Of a DNA stretch of 50,621 nt, positions 1 through 10,493 are shown one piece after another. The notes below the pieces were generated by a model that was not told where the DNA came from, did not search any database, and was given only the letters and a program-made list of their open reading frames with translations. The number at the start of each line of letters is the position of its first letter. Positions within the stretch are counted from its first letter, which is position 1. Position numbers and translations under genes: made by a program. Origin of the DNA: an uncultured Chloroflexota bacterium (GTDB lineage: Bacteria > Chloroflexota > UBA11872); NCBI GenBank assembly GCA_964522375.1, contig CAZFVB010000008.1:1-50621 (forward strand), read 5' to 3'.

Positions 1-1351
1 GTTCCTTCACCCCATCGATCACAGCTGGGGAAGTCGCAGGTTCCGTCGCAGTCGATCGGGTTGTTGGAGTCGCTGTAGCAGTAGGAACCGCTGTAACGGC
101 CACCGCAACCCCCGATGGCAATGCGGGACCACCTGGAGGAATCGGATCGCAACCCAACTGACCACTCAGAGTCCCATCAACCAATGGCGTCAACACACGA
201 ACGCGATTAGACCCATCCTCGACGACCAACAAGCGACCATCCATGGTCACCACGACATCAAGAGGAAGGTCCAAACGCACCTGACTCGCTGGCGCACCTT
301 CACACTCTAAATCCCCCCCACCAGCAACAGTTTCGATAGACCACTCCATGGAAGCGCGTCTGATTCGCCGGTTGTTACTATCAGCAGCAAATATCGCGCC
401 ACTCGAATCCACCGCCACACCCTGTGGCCCGTTTAGCTCGGCCTTGCGAGCCGGCCCACCATCACCGCCACTACCCGCCACACCTATGCCAACAACAGTC
501 TCTATGACACCATCGACCAAAACCCGGCGAATCCGGTTCCCACCCAGTTCGGCAATCAAGAGATTCCCTTCGGTGTCAATATCCAAATCAACGGGTTGAT
601 TAAGAGAAGCGTCGACCGCTTGACCACCGTCCCCCCCACTAACAGCACGTCCATTTCCAGCAACTGTCGTTACAACCCCACGAGGATCAATCCTGCGCAC
701 CCGGTGAGCAGCTCTTTCAGCAACAAACAAACTCCCACCACCATCGATCGCCATGCCCGCATTACCAGCGGTACGTGCATATACAGAAAGCCCGCCATCG
801 CCGTGAATTCCTGGCTGCCCATCACCAAGAATCGTAGAGACAATCCCTCGAGAACTGATCTTTCGGACACGCTCGGATTCGGCAACAAAGACAGAGCCAT
901 TTTGATCCGACAACAGCCTGCCCGGGTTTGAAAAAACTGCCTTCAGAGCTTCTCCACCATCACCGCCGTGACCTCGAATTCCAACACCAGCAAATTCTTC
1001 AATCACACCGTCAGGGCGCACTCGGTAAACACGATTAGCCATCGAGTCAGCAATGTATGCCGTCCCGTCTGGCCCACCAGCCAATCCCCCCACGTCAGGA
1101 AATATGACACCACTAGCCAGTCCTATTCCACTTACCCCCTCGGAATTTCCACCGCCAGCGAAGGAAAAAACATTTAAAGGGAGAGGCACCTGTGCAGGCA
1201 CCGCCTGCCCCACCGGGGGTTCGTACGAGACAGCTAAAACTGGAGATTCCGGTTGGCCGGGATCGACATCCCCACAACCAGCCAAAGTGACACAACCAGT
1301 GGCCGCAAAGACCCTAAGCAAGCCACGCCGAGAAATACAGGCTCCTTGCAC
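1..1351 (-). CDS. Tat-exported lipoprotein with NHL (teneurin-like) beta-propeller repeats and Thr/Pro/Ala-rich linker; 3' end runs off the window
   Basis: Not in the ORF track because it has no stop in the window. Manual translation from GTG 1351: MQGACISRRGLLRVFAATGCVTLAGC (twin-Arg SRRGLL, lipobox LAGC). Repeated GDGG.A..A.L..P.G.AVD..G..F.AD..N.RIR units, then VTAVPTATATPTTRSTATEPATSP near the edge. Confidence 0.85.
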   Translation of the reverse strand, partial: MQGACISRRGLLRVFAATGCVTLAGCGDVDPGQPESPVLAVSYEPPVGQAVPAQVPLPLNVFSFAGGGNSEGVSGIGLASGVIFPDVGGLAGGPDGTAYIADSMANRVYRVRPDGVIEEFAGVGIRGHGGDGGEALKAVFSNPGRLLSDQNGSVFVAESERVRKISSRGIVSTILGDGQPGIHGDGGLSVYARTAGNAGMAIDGGGSLFVAERAAHRVRRIDPRGVVTTVAGNGRAVSGGDGGQAVDASLNQPVDLDIDTEGNLLIAELGGNRIRRVLVDGVIETVVGIGVAGSGGDGGPARKAELNGPQGVAVDSSGAIFAADSNNRRIRRASMEWSIETVAGGGDLECEGAPASQVRLDLPLDVVVTMDGRLLVVEDGSNRVRVLTPLVDGTLSGQLGCDPIPPGGPALPSGVAVAVTAVPTATATPTTRSTATEPATSPAVIDGVKE

Positions 1352-1358
1352 GATCGAT

Positions 1359-2768
1359 CTACCTAGCATCACCCCTCACAACCATCACAGCGGTGCGAAG
1401 CAAGATCCGGAGATCAAACAAGATGGACCAGTTTTCGACATAGTAAATATCGAAACGCGTCCTCTCGCTAATCGAAGAGTCGCCACGCCTTCCGTTGACC
1501 TGAGCCCAACCAGTCATACCTGCGCGCTCACGATGTCGGACCATATAACGCGAAAATTCACTCGTGAATTGCGACACATAGTCAGGTTGCTCAGGTCGAG
1601 GACCAACCAGACTCATGTCCCCTTTCACTACATTGATCAGCTGAGGAAGCTCGTCAATCCAGTACCTCCGTAGGAATCGTCCGAAACGGGTCTGTCGTGG
1701 ATCATCGTCCACCGTCCATGTTTGCCCATATTCGTCAGCACCGTCCACCATTGTCCGGTACTTCAAAATAGAAAATTCCCTGCCGTCTCGACCCACTCGA
1801 CGCTGCACATAAAAAGCTGGCCCCTTAGAGTCAATCTTGATCACCACCCCAATCAAAACCATTGGGACGGAAGCCAGGGTGAGAAAAACCATGCCAACCA
1901 CGATGTCCAACAACCGTTTTGTCAAACGACTCAAACCTCGCAACCTAATTTCGTTCACAGCTATAAGTGGAAGTCCACGCATCCCACCTTCGATAACAGG
2001 TGAAACCATCAACTGAAACAAGTCAGGAAGAAGCCAGACGTCGGCATAGGATGCTTCAGCATCCGCGAGGATCCCTAGAAGTTTTTCATGCGACAGGGAT
2101 GGGATCGCAATCATCACCTTGTCAATCTCATGCTCAAGAATCGCGTTACCCAGAACATCCAAACGTCCCAGAACACCTAGATGTTGACCAGCCCCGGGAA
2201 CTGCAGTCACTAAGTCATCAAGAAATCCCACAAGTTTGTATCGCCGGCTAGGATCACTCACAAGACGTCCGGCCAACTCCTGACCCTCGGCACCAGCACC
2301 GATAATAAGAACACGTTGAACACCCAAACCCTTTGACGCAATCATCCGAAGGATCATCGAAAGGCTTGACCGGCCCACGACAACAAACACTGAGCCCAAC
2401 AACCAGGCAAGCAACACAATCTCGCGGACAACTTCTATCCGATCGATGAAAAGAAAGAATGTCGCCCCCACAGTTAAAACAGATCCGATAGCCACCATCC
2501 CCACGCTCCTCGCCATCCGGTCAAGCAGTCCAGCTGTACGATAACGGGAGTACAGTCCCAGCAAGAGTCCACCAACCACCGACGACCCAAGAAAACAAAA
2601 CACCACTGGAACCAAGAAAAGAAACCGTGCTGGGGCAGGGTCGCTAAACCATCCAAACCGATAACGAGCGTAGTAAGCCAGCGCTATCCCCAAAAACAAA
2701 CCAAGTAAATCCGTAAGTAAAGAAACCGCCGAAACTATCCCGCCCCAGTTCCTCCGCACCCAAGTCAC
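1359..2768 (-). CDS. Undecaprenyl-phosphate sugar-1-phosphate (priming) transferase, WcaJ/WbaP family
   Basis: N-terminal TM helices, CoA-binding-like VLIIGAG segment, C-terminal KRLLD...KYRTM...DELPQLINV.KGDMSLVGPRPE...GMTGWAQVNG motifs. Confidence 0.92.
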   Translation of the reverse strand: MTWVRRNWGGIVSAVSLLTDLLGLFLGIALAYYARYRFGWFSDPAPARFLFLVPVVFCFLGSSVVGGLLLGLYSRYRTAGLLDRMARSVGMVAIGSVLTVGATFFLFIDRIEVVREIVLLAWLLGSVFVVVGRSSLSMILRMIASKGLGVQRVLIIGAGAEGQELAGRLVSDPSRRYKLVGFLDDLVTAVPGAGQHLGVLGRLDVLGNAILEHEIDKVMIAIPSLSHEKLLGILADAEASYADVWLLPDLFQLMVSPVIEGGMRGLPLIAVNEIRLRGLSRLTKRLLDIVVGMVFLTLASVPMVLIGVVIKIDSKGPAFYVQRRVGRDGREFSILKYRTMVDGADEYGQTWTVDDDPRQTRFGRFLRRYWIDELPQLINVVKGDMSLVGPRPEQPDYVSQFTSEFSRYMVRHRERAGMTGWAQVNGRRGDSSISERTRFDIYYVENWSILFDLRILLRTAVMVVRGDAR

Positions 2769-2780
2769 TTCCGCATCATC

Positions 2781-3656
2781 CTAAAACCCCAACCGCCCAG
2801 GCAGCATTCGTCGAAACACTGCGGCCGCTCCAAACAGAATGATTCCTACCGAAACACTAGCCTTGACTAACAGCGGATCGGCTCCATGGTGGGAGTGATA
2901 ATAAATCCACATTGATCGGTAAAACTCAAACCGTGTGCGCAGTGGCCTCTGCTGTGAAGATTTCCGTTTGCGATGACGAACCCGAGCGGTCGGCAGATAA
3001 AGTGCTTTCCAGCCACAATCGAATATCCGTCGCTGCAAATCAAGGTCGTCCCCATACATGAAATATCGAGGGTCGAATCCTCCTATTTCTTCAAACGCCT
3101 CTCGTCTCACCAACAAACATGCACCGGACACAGCATCCACAACATCCTCCTCACAACCCGCTACCGGAGGCTCGTTGTATGGTCGAGTTAGCAACTTGCC
3201 AAGAGTTCGGGACGCTCCCAAAAACCTATGCATAGCATTAACAGGGTTTGGAAAGTTTCGTCGAGCCGCCGGATCCAAGCGTCCATCATCCAGATATAAG
3301 AACGGCCCAACCACCGCCACATCAGGCCGACGCGCCAAAGCTTCGGTCAAAAGCTGGATTGAATCAGGCTCTGGTTCAGTGTCTGGATTGAGGAACAAAA
3401 TAATCGGCGCCTGAGTCACTTGTGCCCCAATGTTATTAGCACCGCCAAAACCCAGGTCAGATGAACCTCTCACGGCTCGCACGTCGCCACGTTTAACTAA
3501 TGACTGCCACGAGTCATCCTGAAACCCGTTGTCGATGACGACGACCTCTACACGCAGGGAACCCGTAGCTTTCTTAAGAGCGTCTAAGCACCTCAAAAGA
3601 AGATCCCGAACGTCATAGGTCGTAATTACAATTGCCAGATCTGGCCCAGCACTCAT
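2781..3656 (-). CDS. Glycosyltransferase family 2 (rhamnosyltransferase WbbL-like)
   Basis: VVIDN, LGFGGANN, LFLNPD, SGACLL, GGFDPRYFMYGDDLD motifs. ATG at 3656 overlaps the upstream stop (ATGA). Confidence 0.88.
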   Translation of the reverse strand: MSAGPDLAIVITTYDVRDLLLRCLDALKKATGSLRVEVVVIDNGFQDDSWQSLVKRGDVRAVRGSSDLGFGGANNIGAQVTQAPIILFLNPDTEPEPDSIQLLTEALARRPDVAVVGPFLYLDDGRLDPAARRNFPNPVNAMHRFLGASRTLGKLLTRPYNEPPVAGCEEDVVDAVSGACLLVRREAFEEIGGFDPRYFMYGDDLDLQRRIFDCGWKALYLPTARVRHRKRKSSQQRPLRTRFEFYRSMWIYYHSHHGADPLLVKASVSVGIILFGAAAVFRRMLPGRLGF

Positions 3657-4597
3657 CGACCAGGCCTCCACCGAGTAGCCCCCACGACAAAACCCATCAT
3701 CTTCGCCAAATCCCCAAGCACCCTCAAACAGGGAATCAATGCAAGCACTCGCACCGGATTAGGAACCGAAGCTAAGCGATTCATGGTGGAAGCCCGGCGA
3801 AAACTGGCTGAAAAATACACACCCATCAACACAACAAGCACTGACAGAGACACGGCCGACCACAAGCAAAGCAAGATGACGCCCAATACATACGAAGCAA
3901 ACCTGATCAAATGTTTCGCCCATAGCATTCCTGCTTGACCATCACCCACTGCATAATTGAAATACTGACGGAAAAAAGCACCAGCAGAGCGCCGTGGCCT
4001 GAAGCCAACATCTGCCGACCTCGCATGCCGAAAAAAACCTCCCTCAGCCCAAATAGCTCGATCAAGCCACAGGTCTTCGCCATGAGCGAGCCACTCTGGA
4101 TAACCACCAACACGGTCAAGCCATGACCTGCGAAAAACAACCGAGCCACTACTCGGTGGATATCGTTCAGGCCGCGGTTGATGAGGAAGCGGCAACACGA
4201 CAGCGCCCAACGCCGCTTCAAATGTCGTCTCAGGCGATGCAAGGACATACCCAAAAGCACCAGCCGCAGATGGGTCAGATTCAAGCGTACTGACGAGAGA
4301 TTGAAGCCAGTTGGTCGATCTGTGGAGGCCAGCATCAGTAATCGCGATCACAGAAGCTTCGGTTTCAGCTATAGCCAAATTGCGACCAGCCGCAATATTA
4401 GAACCGACCGCGCACTTAACAAGAAAGCGATCGTCATCACGCGTAGCTTCACGGAGCGCCTCTAAGGTTCCGTCGTCTGAACCACCATCAATGATCACCA
4501 ACTGGTGGGCAGCAAACGACTGAGCCTTAAGGCTCTGGACAAGCTCTGCAATCTCCTCAACTTCGTTTTTTACTGTGGCGCATACAGCAACTGTCAC
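3653..4597 (-). CDS. Glycosyltransferase family 2
   Basis: TVKNE, IDGGSDDGT, GRNLAI, TDAG, GED motifs and C-terminal hydrophobic helices. Confidence 0.88.
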   Translation of the reverse strand: MTVAVCATVKNEVEEIAELVQSLKAQSFAAHQLVIIDGGSDDGTLEALREATRDDDRFLVKCAVGSNIAAGRNLAIAETEASVIAITDAGLHRSTNWLQSLVSTLESDPSAAGAFGYVLASPETTFEAALGAVVLPLPHQPRPERYPPSSGSVVFRRSWLDRVGGYPEWLAHGEDLWLDRAIWAEGGFFRHARSADVGFRPRRSAGAFFRQYFNYAVGDGQAGMLWAKHLIRFASYVLGVILLCLWSAVSLSVLVVLMGVYFSASFRRASTMNRLASVPNPVRVLALIPCLRVLGDLAKMMGFVVGATRWRPGR

Positions 4598-5808
4598 GAA
4601 TCAACGCCGCTTTTCTCTGGCGCCCCAATGTGCGCGTACGCGTCAAGAATTAACGGCCTAAGAACATCGACGCTGTGAAATTTCTCCAGGTATTCAACTC
4701 CAAGTGTCACTGCAGATTCGTATGCAACAGCATCCGTCACCAACCGAATCAACTCATTCGCAAAGTTATCAGCTGTCGAGGTCATTGCCACTCCAATATC
4801 CGACGCCGTTGGAAGACCCACGTAACCGGACTCTCGAACAACTACAGGGCGCTTAGCAGCTAACGCCGACAAAACCTTATATGGGGCACCAGCAGCCACC
4901 TCGGTTGGCGACACCGCTACCCAGGCACGATGATATTCCGAGTCAATGTCGTCAACCGTCCCTCCAATGGAAGCCCGCACCGGAAGTCCATTCCTAAGAT
5001 TCTCCGAGCCCGGACCTACAATCCGGAGTTGAGCCTCGGGGATTTTTCGAAGCACTTTTTTCCACACAGAAGCAAAGAGCCAATCCGCTGCCAATACGTT
5101 TGGACGATAAAAGAAATTGGCAGCAAATAGAAAAGTCGGTTGCTCATTACGAACCTCAGATTCCGAGGTGGACACTTTCGGCAAGATCGGATGAGGAAGA
5201 TGGAGCACTGACCTTCCTCCAAGCAACTCAAACGCACTCTTATCTGACAATGATGAAGCCAACACTAAGTCAGCCGTCTGCGCAAGCCAGGACTCAACCT
5301 TCGCTAAAAGACTTTTTTGACGCCGCGCCCACAATCGCCGAAGCCCTCTACTTGTGTTGCTTAGACCCTCCTGGAGCATCCATTCCACATTGTGAGCGTC
5401 ATAGACGACATGTGGGCCGCTATGTTCCTCTGGAAACATGGATTTCACATCTTGCACAAGCGGCGCCAATTGCGCTTGTGCCACATGCACGACCTCATAC
5501 CTATTCTGGGTTAGCAGCATCTGCACCCGACCCCTCAGTGCCCAGGAAGCATGTCGCACCAGCAAGTCAGGGACCCCTTGGCGCAAACCGACTGCGACAC
5601 GACGAGACAGGGAAGGCTCCTTCGCAACAACCCCCACAACTCGACCCAACGAAGACGGGCTCAGCGTCTCCGTCGTATGCGGTGCCTTTAGATAAACCAG
5701 ATCAACTTCGTGTTCTGACGCCAGCATTTCAAGAAGCAAGCCATTACGAATAGCAGCTCCATGCACTGGCGGCCATGGCGAAGCCGAGGTAACAGCGAGA
5801 ATCTTCAT
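4594..5808 (-). CDS. Glycosyltransferase family 4
   Basis: MKILAV..PWPP..GAAIR, DAHNVE, PN..A..W and KVLSALA motifs. Start taken at ATG 5808, overlapping the upstream stop. Confidence 0.85.
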   Translation of the reverse strand: MKILAVTSASPWPPVHGAAIRNGLLLEMLASEHEVDLVYLKAPHTTETLSPSSLGRVVGVVAKEPSLSRRVAVGLRQGVPDLLVRHASWALRGRVQMLLTQNRYEVVHVAQAQLAPLVQDVKSMFPEEHSGPHVVYDAHNVEWMLQEGLSNTSRGLRRLWARRQKSLLAKVESWLAQTADLVLASSLSDKSAFELLGGRSVLHLPHPILPKVSTSESEVRNEQPTFLFAANFFYRPNVLAADWLFASVWKKVLRKIPEAQLRIVGPGSENLRNGLPVRASIGGTVDDIDSEYHRAWVAVSPTEVAAGAPYKVLSALAAKRPVVVRESGYVGLPTASDIGVAMTSTADNFANELIRLVTDAVAYESAVTLGVEYLEKFHSVDVLRPLILDAYAHIGAPEKSGVDS

Positions 5809-6869
5809 GCGACCATTTCGTACACAGCCAAGGTCTCTCGTGCAGTCCGTGACCATGTGTACCTAGAGGCTCTTAGGAGGCCGCGCTGCCGAAGCTCATC
5901 TCTTAGTTGAGCGTCTTCAGCCAACTTGTCAATCGCCGCCCTTATGGACTCAGGATCCATCGGATCCACAAGCAACCCTGCGTCCCCCACAAGCTCTTGC
6001 AACGCCCCTCCCGTTGAAGCAACAACAGGTACGCCGAGTGACATCGCCTCTAAAGCAGGAAGCCCAAAGCCCTCATCCAAAGATGCAGCGAGCAGAAATT
6101 CTGCATTCGCAACCAGGCCATGCAAGACAGCATCGCTTACACGCCCAACAAACCTGACACGATCGGCATTGTTCCCAGCCCGAACACTGCGAACGATCTC
6201 GGATCCTCTGTAACCAACGGCTCCGATTACAAGAAGCGTGCCGTAAGAAGAAAACTTGGATTCGCCAAACGCAAGACTTGCAATCTCAATGTTTTTTCGA
6301 GGTTGAATCGTGCCTACGGCCACCGCATAGGGAGCCGGCCAAAGTCCATCACGCATAGGAACATCATGACGTAATCCGGACGCTTCCGGAACCACCGTAA
6401 TTCTCTCGGAATCAGCAAGTCCTCGATCCAAAAGCAAGGCTCGCACATGCGCAGAAACCGCAATGACTTGATCCGCTCGCCGAAGGCTTTTGATCGCCTC
6501 AGCGTAGTGGCGTCGGCTCTGTAGTGAGTGGGTTTCTGGATGACCAAGGAATGAAACGTCGTGCACCGTCACCACAGAGGGCTTTTTCACTCCGATGGGA
6601 ACACCATGATCCGGGAAATGCACAAGATCCATGGCACGAATACTTGGGAAAAGCAAAACGCCTTCAATACCGCTTCGTACCGGAGCAATCACCCTTCTAA
6701 TTGGAAGCGCTGGCTCCTCGCTCAATCGACTCCGACGATCGAGTAGCACCTCAACATCTAACTCCGTCTCCCGATCCTGCGCTATAGCCGCTTGAAGATT
6801 CCATATGTACCGTCCGATTCCCGCATAGTCGTATCGAAGCATGCGACCATCAATCAAAACTTTCTTCAT
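5805..6869 (-). CDS. Glycosyltransferase family 4 (GT-B)
   Basis: GIGRY, VTVHD, GTIQPRKN and EGFGLPALEAM motifs. Confidence 0.92.
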   Translation of the reverse strand: MKKVLIDGRMLRYDYAGIGRYIWNLQAAIAQDRETELDVEVLLDRRSRLSEEPALPIRRVIAPVRSGIEGVLLFPSIRAMDLVHFPDHGVPIGVKKPSVVTVHDVSFLGHPETHSLQSRRHYAEAIKSLRRADQVIAVSAHVRALLLDRGLADSERITVVPEASGLRHDVPMRDGLWPAPYAVAVGTIQPRKNIEIASLAFGESKFSSYGTLLVIGAVGYRGSEIVRSVRAGNNADRVRFVGRVSDAVLHGLVANAEFLLAASLDEGFGLPALEAMSLGVPVVASTGGALQELVGDAGLLVDPMDPESIRAAIDKLAEDAQLRDELRQRGLLRASRYTWSRTARETLAVYEMVA

Positions 6870-8209
6870 GGAGCATCACGAGCTGGGGAACGTAAAACGA
6901 CGACGCTCAAACCAACGACGCCTCCAAGCAAAAACACCAAGTGTGGAAAACTGACGATGTGATGATCAAACATTCCAGCTACGGAAAACGCGGTGAGCGA
7001 AGCAAGCAGTGGCCTCAAAAGCGGCTCCCGCCTAACCCGATCCAGCATTAACCGAACAGTCGTGCCAATCAGCGCTAGGTGCAACACCGCAGCACAAATC
7101 CCCGCACGTTCAGCTAACCAAAGCCACGCGTTCGAAACACCAATGAAGATATCGGGGTGAGGCGAGGCCCCATACCCCACACCAAACCACGGAAACCTGC
7201 GCACAACCCGAAAAGCTTCTCGAATCTCTTCTACGCGCAGAGCGGATGAAGGATCTGTCGCTGTAAATCCTTCACGCAGCCGTGCAAACATTTCTATTGG
7301 CAAGACTGCTATGCACCCTGTGAGGAAGGTAGCAGCCAGAATTGCCACTCTCGGCCGACCAACAGCTATCCATACCAACATTCCAACTGCTGCCGATATC
7401 CAACTCGATCGAGAAATAGTCAGAGCAAGTGCGACGACGACCAGAAAAGAACCGAGCAACGCAAACACCCCTGATGAACGTCTTCCACGCAACCGGTAAA
7501 TCAAAAATGGAAGTCCTGCTGCCAAGCTCACTCCGAGAACATTAGGATCAACCATTAAACCGGTAGCTCGTGGTGTCACCTGGTCTGGCAAGAATCGAGC
7601 AATTTCAGACGCGGGATAACCGACCGACCCAAGACGCCCAAGAACAGCGATTCCAGCCTCACCCATCCAAAAGAGCGAAATCGCGAAGATTGCCTGAAGC
7701 ACCGTTCCATACCCCACTAGTGCCACGAACCATTGAACCGACCGACGGGAAGGGCGTGCCAGCGCCACTATCAACGGCGTCGCAGTGTACATCGATAGTT
7801 TTAACGCGAACTGCCAGCTTTGCCACTCCGCCCGGCCTGAGTACGCAGCCAAACTCGCGATTATCGGCCACCCAGCAGCTATAACAACAAGCACAAGCAA
7901 CCATCGAGGAAGTAATCCAAAACCATCTCTATTGAAACGCGTAGCTATCCCCACAAACGCCCCAATGACAAGTAAATCGAGGATTGGTGGCTGTAAACCC
8001 AACCTCTGCGGAACCACAAGAAAAGGAGCCAGGAGGCCTACGCATGTAGCAATCGCAAGTCCATTTAGCGGCCTCGCAATACTTAGAAGAAGGCCAAGAA
8101 TTGTTAGTGCCCCAACAAAAGCAACCAGAGGCTCTCGACTGGCAGCTAAAGCCCCCACAAGTATCACTGCTATCACCGGGACAATAACTACATATCTGCC
8201 AACAAACAT
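6866..8209 (-). CDS. O-antigen ligase/Wzy_C-family polytopic membrane protein (ligase, polymerase or O-oligosaccharyltransferase)
   Basis: Many TM helices; RATG...DPN, LTISRSSW, S...R, PWFGVGYG and SNAWL...AE.G motifs typical of Wzy_C. Confidence 0.82.
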   Translation of the reverse strand: MFVGRYVVIVPVIAVILVGALAASREPLVAFVGALTILGLLLSIARPLNGLAIATCVGLLAPFLVVPQRLGLQPPILDLLVIGAFVGIATRFNRDGFGLLPRWLLVLVVIAAGWPIIASLAAYSGRAEWQSWQFALKLSMYTATPLIVALARPSRRSVQWFVALVGYGTVLQAIFAISLFWMGEAGIAVLGRLGSVGYPASEIARFLPDQVTPRATGLMVDPNVLGVSLAAGLPFLIYRLRGRRSSGVFALLGSFLVVVALALTISRSSWISAAVGMLVWIAVGRPRVAILAATFLTGCIAVLPIEMFARLREGFTATDPSSALRVEEIREAFRVVRRFPWFGVGYGASPHPDIFIGVSNAWLWLAERAGICAAVLHLALIGTTVRLMLDRVRREPLLRPLLASLTAFSVAGMFDHHIVSFPHLVFLLGGVVGLSVVVLRSPARDAP

Positions 8210-8253
8210 CGCGAACCTCAGCTCATAGCGCCCAGCCGCAGCCGCCCTAACGA

Positions 8254-8631
8254 TCAGTCGCTGCTCGAATCAGTATCCCCAACGACCACGGCCTCTTCTG
8301 TAGCTCTCCAAGCGTCATATTGGGCCTTATCCACCAATTCACCACCATCTATCGTGTAATCACCTGTGAAGGAACGCGTAGTGTCAAATATCAAATGCAA
8401 ATTGATCGTTTTGAAACTCTTTCCTCCGACAATATCTTTGTTGGCCGTATAGTGAGAGGCCCCATCGCCAGCCCCATCAAACTCAGGCGATAGATCGTTG
8501 TCAGGATCCACTCGGACATCAATGATTTCATCAGCATGTTTACTCTTCACATAAAAATGCCACGCCGTGTCCGTCGGCCCACTATCTTTTTCAGAACCAC
8601 TGCCGCCGAAAATCCGCCGAAGAAACCCCAT
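8254..8631 (-). CDS. Hypothetical protein (acidic, N-terminal amphipathic MGFLRRIFGG)
   Basis: Clean ORF inside the operon, preceded by GGAGG. Start chosen at ATG 8631. Confidence 0.7.
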   Translation of the reverse strand: MGFLRRIFGGSGSEKDSGPTDTAWHFYVKSKHADEIIDVRVDPDNDLSPEFDGAGDGASHYTANKDIVGGKSFKTINLHLIFDTTRSFTGDYTIDGGELVDKAQYDAWRATEEAVVVGDTDSSSD

Positions 8632-8651
8632 GTCTTTTTCCTCCGCAATCA

Positions 8652-9617
8652 TTACCGTACGAGAATCGATTCGATATAGGCGTCCGATGCTCTCCGAGCT
8701 TTCTGTCGGCTAACACGTTTGCGCCAGGCCTTAAACAAAAGCGGCATCGCAGCAAACTGCCCAGCCAATGTCGCCCGCGCCGCTTGGCCACGTATAGCAC
8801 GCAGCGCCTGAATACTAAGTTTAAGTTGTGCCCCAACCACGCGCCACCACGAACGCCGCCATACAAAGGCCGGCAGGTTCATCACAGCTACCAAGGGACG
8901 ATTTCTCGCCACCAAATAGCTGGCTAGAACACCGCCCGCAGTAGCGCTTAGCCGATGACGAACAATCGCAGCTGGAACATACAGACACCGATGCCCAGCC
9001 AGTTGCGCACGCCAATCCAAATCCACATCCTCGCAATACATCACAAGATCCTCGTCAAACAAACCCACATCCTCAAAAAGTTCGCGTCGGTAAGCTGCAG
9101 CAGCCGCACATGCGCCAAACACGTAACGCGACTCTAGATACTCACCGCCATCTGGATCCCATACACCACGATTCCCAGGGAGCCCAGACCTCGAATACGT
9201 ATCCCCAGCGGCGTGCAAACGAGACGGATCGTCATAAAGTCGAATCCGTGCTGCGAGAAAACTAACTTCTGGTTCAGCTCGGAAGGCATTGTCAAACTCC
9301 ATGAGCCAATCAACATCAGGCACGGCGTCGTTATTGAGTAGCGCAACAAATGGAGCATTTGCAGATTCGATTCCTCGATTGAGCGCAACCGCAAGCCCCT
9401 TACGACTTGGTAGCTCTATAAGAACGTCACATGGTCGGTTCCCCCGAATCCATTCAACCGTATCGTCATCAGAAGAATCATCAACAACGATAATTTCAAA
9501 GTTTCCTAGAGATTGCTTGTCAAGCGCCCTCAAAGCTTCTTCAAGTAGATGGCGACCGTTCCAGGTAGGGATTACAACAGACCAACCAGGGGTCTCAGAC
9601 GGCTCTTGCTCAATCAC
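8652..9617 (-). CDS. Glycosyltransferase family 2
   Basis: SVVIPTWNG, VVDD.S.D, LLNND, GLFDE...YCEDVD motifs. Confidence 0.9.
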   Translation of the reverse strand: MIEQEPSETPGWSVVIPTWNGRHLLEEALRALDKQSLGNFEIIVVDDSSDDDTVEWIRGNRPCDVLIELPSRKGLAVALNRGIESANAPFVALLNNDAVPDVDWLMEFDNAFRAEPEVSFLAARIRLYDDPSRLHAAGDTYSRSGLPGNRGVWDPDGGEYLESRYVFGACAAAAAYRRELFEDVGLFDEDLVMYCEDVDLDWRAQLAGHRCLYVPAAIVRHRLSATAGGVLASYLVARNRPLVAVMNLPAFVWRRSWWRVVGAQLKLSIQALRAIRGQAARATLAGQFAAMPLLFKAWRKRVSRQKARRASDAYIESILVR

Positions 9618-9623
9618 CTCTGA

Positions 9624-10493
9624 CTACTCAACTACAGCCCGGATATGAGAGGCCAGTGCTTCAGTCCACGGTCGCATCGTGACCCCCACTGACCGCGCCA
9701 TTTCATTTGCTAGCTCAGAGTTTTTGGGAACTTCCGCAGATCTAAGAAACTCATCCCCAGAAATTTCCTCAAGAGTTACGTCATCACGCCCTAGATTAGA
9801 CAGCACAGCAGCAGCCCAGCCATACCAACTCGTCGCACCGTCATTGACAAGATGATGCACGCCAAACGCACCTGTTTCACAAAGTTGAAGAATCCCAACG
9901 GCAAGATCTCCGGCATTAGTCGGGTTAGCTACCTGATCGCCTACGTAGCGAAGAGGTCCGTCCGAGGAATCCACGTCCAAAAATCGACGCACAAAGTTGT
10001 TGCCCCAGCGGCCGTACAGCCAGCTCGTCCTAACCACATACAATCGATCATGCACCTGACGAGCAACTGCCTCGCCTTGAAGCTTCGTAGCTCCATAGGC
10101 ATTTAGGGGCCCCGTATCGTCATACTCAAAATATGGTCCGAGCTTACGTCCATCAAAGACATAGTTTGTGCTGACATACACCATGGCCGCGCCAACATTG
10201 GCGGCTGATCTAGCAACATTCCACGTCCCTAGCACGTTGACACGATACGCCGCCCTCCGATGCTCTTCACATCCGTTGACATCGGTAGCTGCCGCCGCGT
10301 GAATCACCAGACTAGGCCGGCTTTCACGCATCGCTCGCTCAACCGCTTCAGCATTTGTTATGTCAACTTGACCGCGAGCCAAGGCAACTACCGGAACATC
10401 CTCACTCTTACATTTATAGTGAAGCTCACGCCCAAGCTGACCACCCGCACCGGTGACAAAAACAGGCCCATCAGCCTTAGGAATCGGGCTCAC
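9624..10493 (-). CDS. rmlD: dTDP-4-dehydrorhamnose reductase
   Basis: TGAGGQLG, HAAA.TDV, STNYVFDG, YG.TK, RTSWLYG and DQ.ANPT motifs. Confidence 0.92.
   Translation of the reverse strand: MSPIPKADGPVFVTGAGGQLGRELHYKCKSEDVPVVALARGQVDITNAEAVERAMRESRPSLVIHAAAATDVNGCEEHRRAAYRVNVLGTWNVARSAANVGAAMVYVSTNYVFDGRKLGPYFEYDDTGPLNAYGATKLQGEAVARQVHDRLYVVRTSWLYGRWGNNFVRRFLDVDSSDGPLRYVGDQVANPTNAGDLAVGILQLCETGAFGVHHLVNDGATSWYGWAAAVLSNLGRDDVTLEEISGDEFLRSAEVPKNSELANEMARSVGVTMRPWTEALASHIRAVVE

Noticed and set aside
348-1673. Plus-strand ORFs (348-599, 596-931, 1053-1673)
   Set aside because: Antisense shadows of the NHL lipoprotein and the WcaJ-like gene; no motifs.
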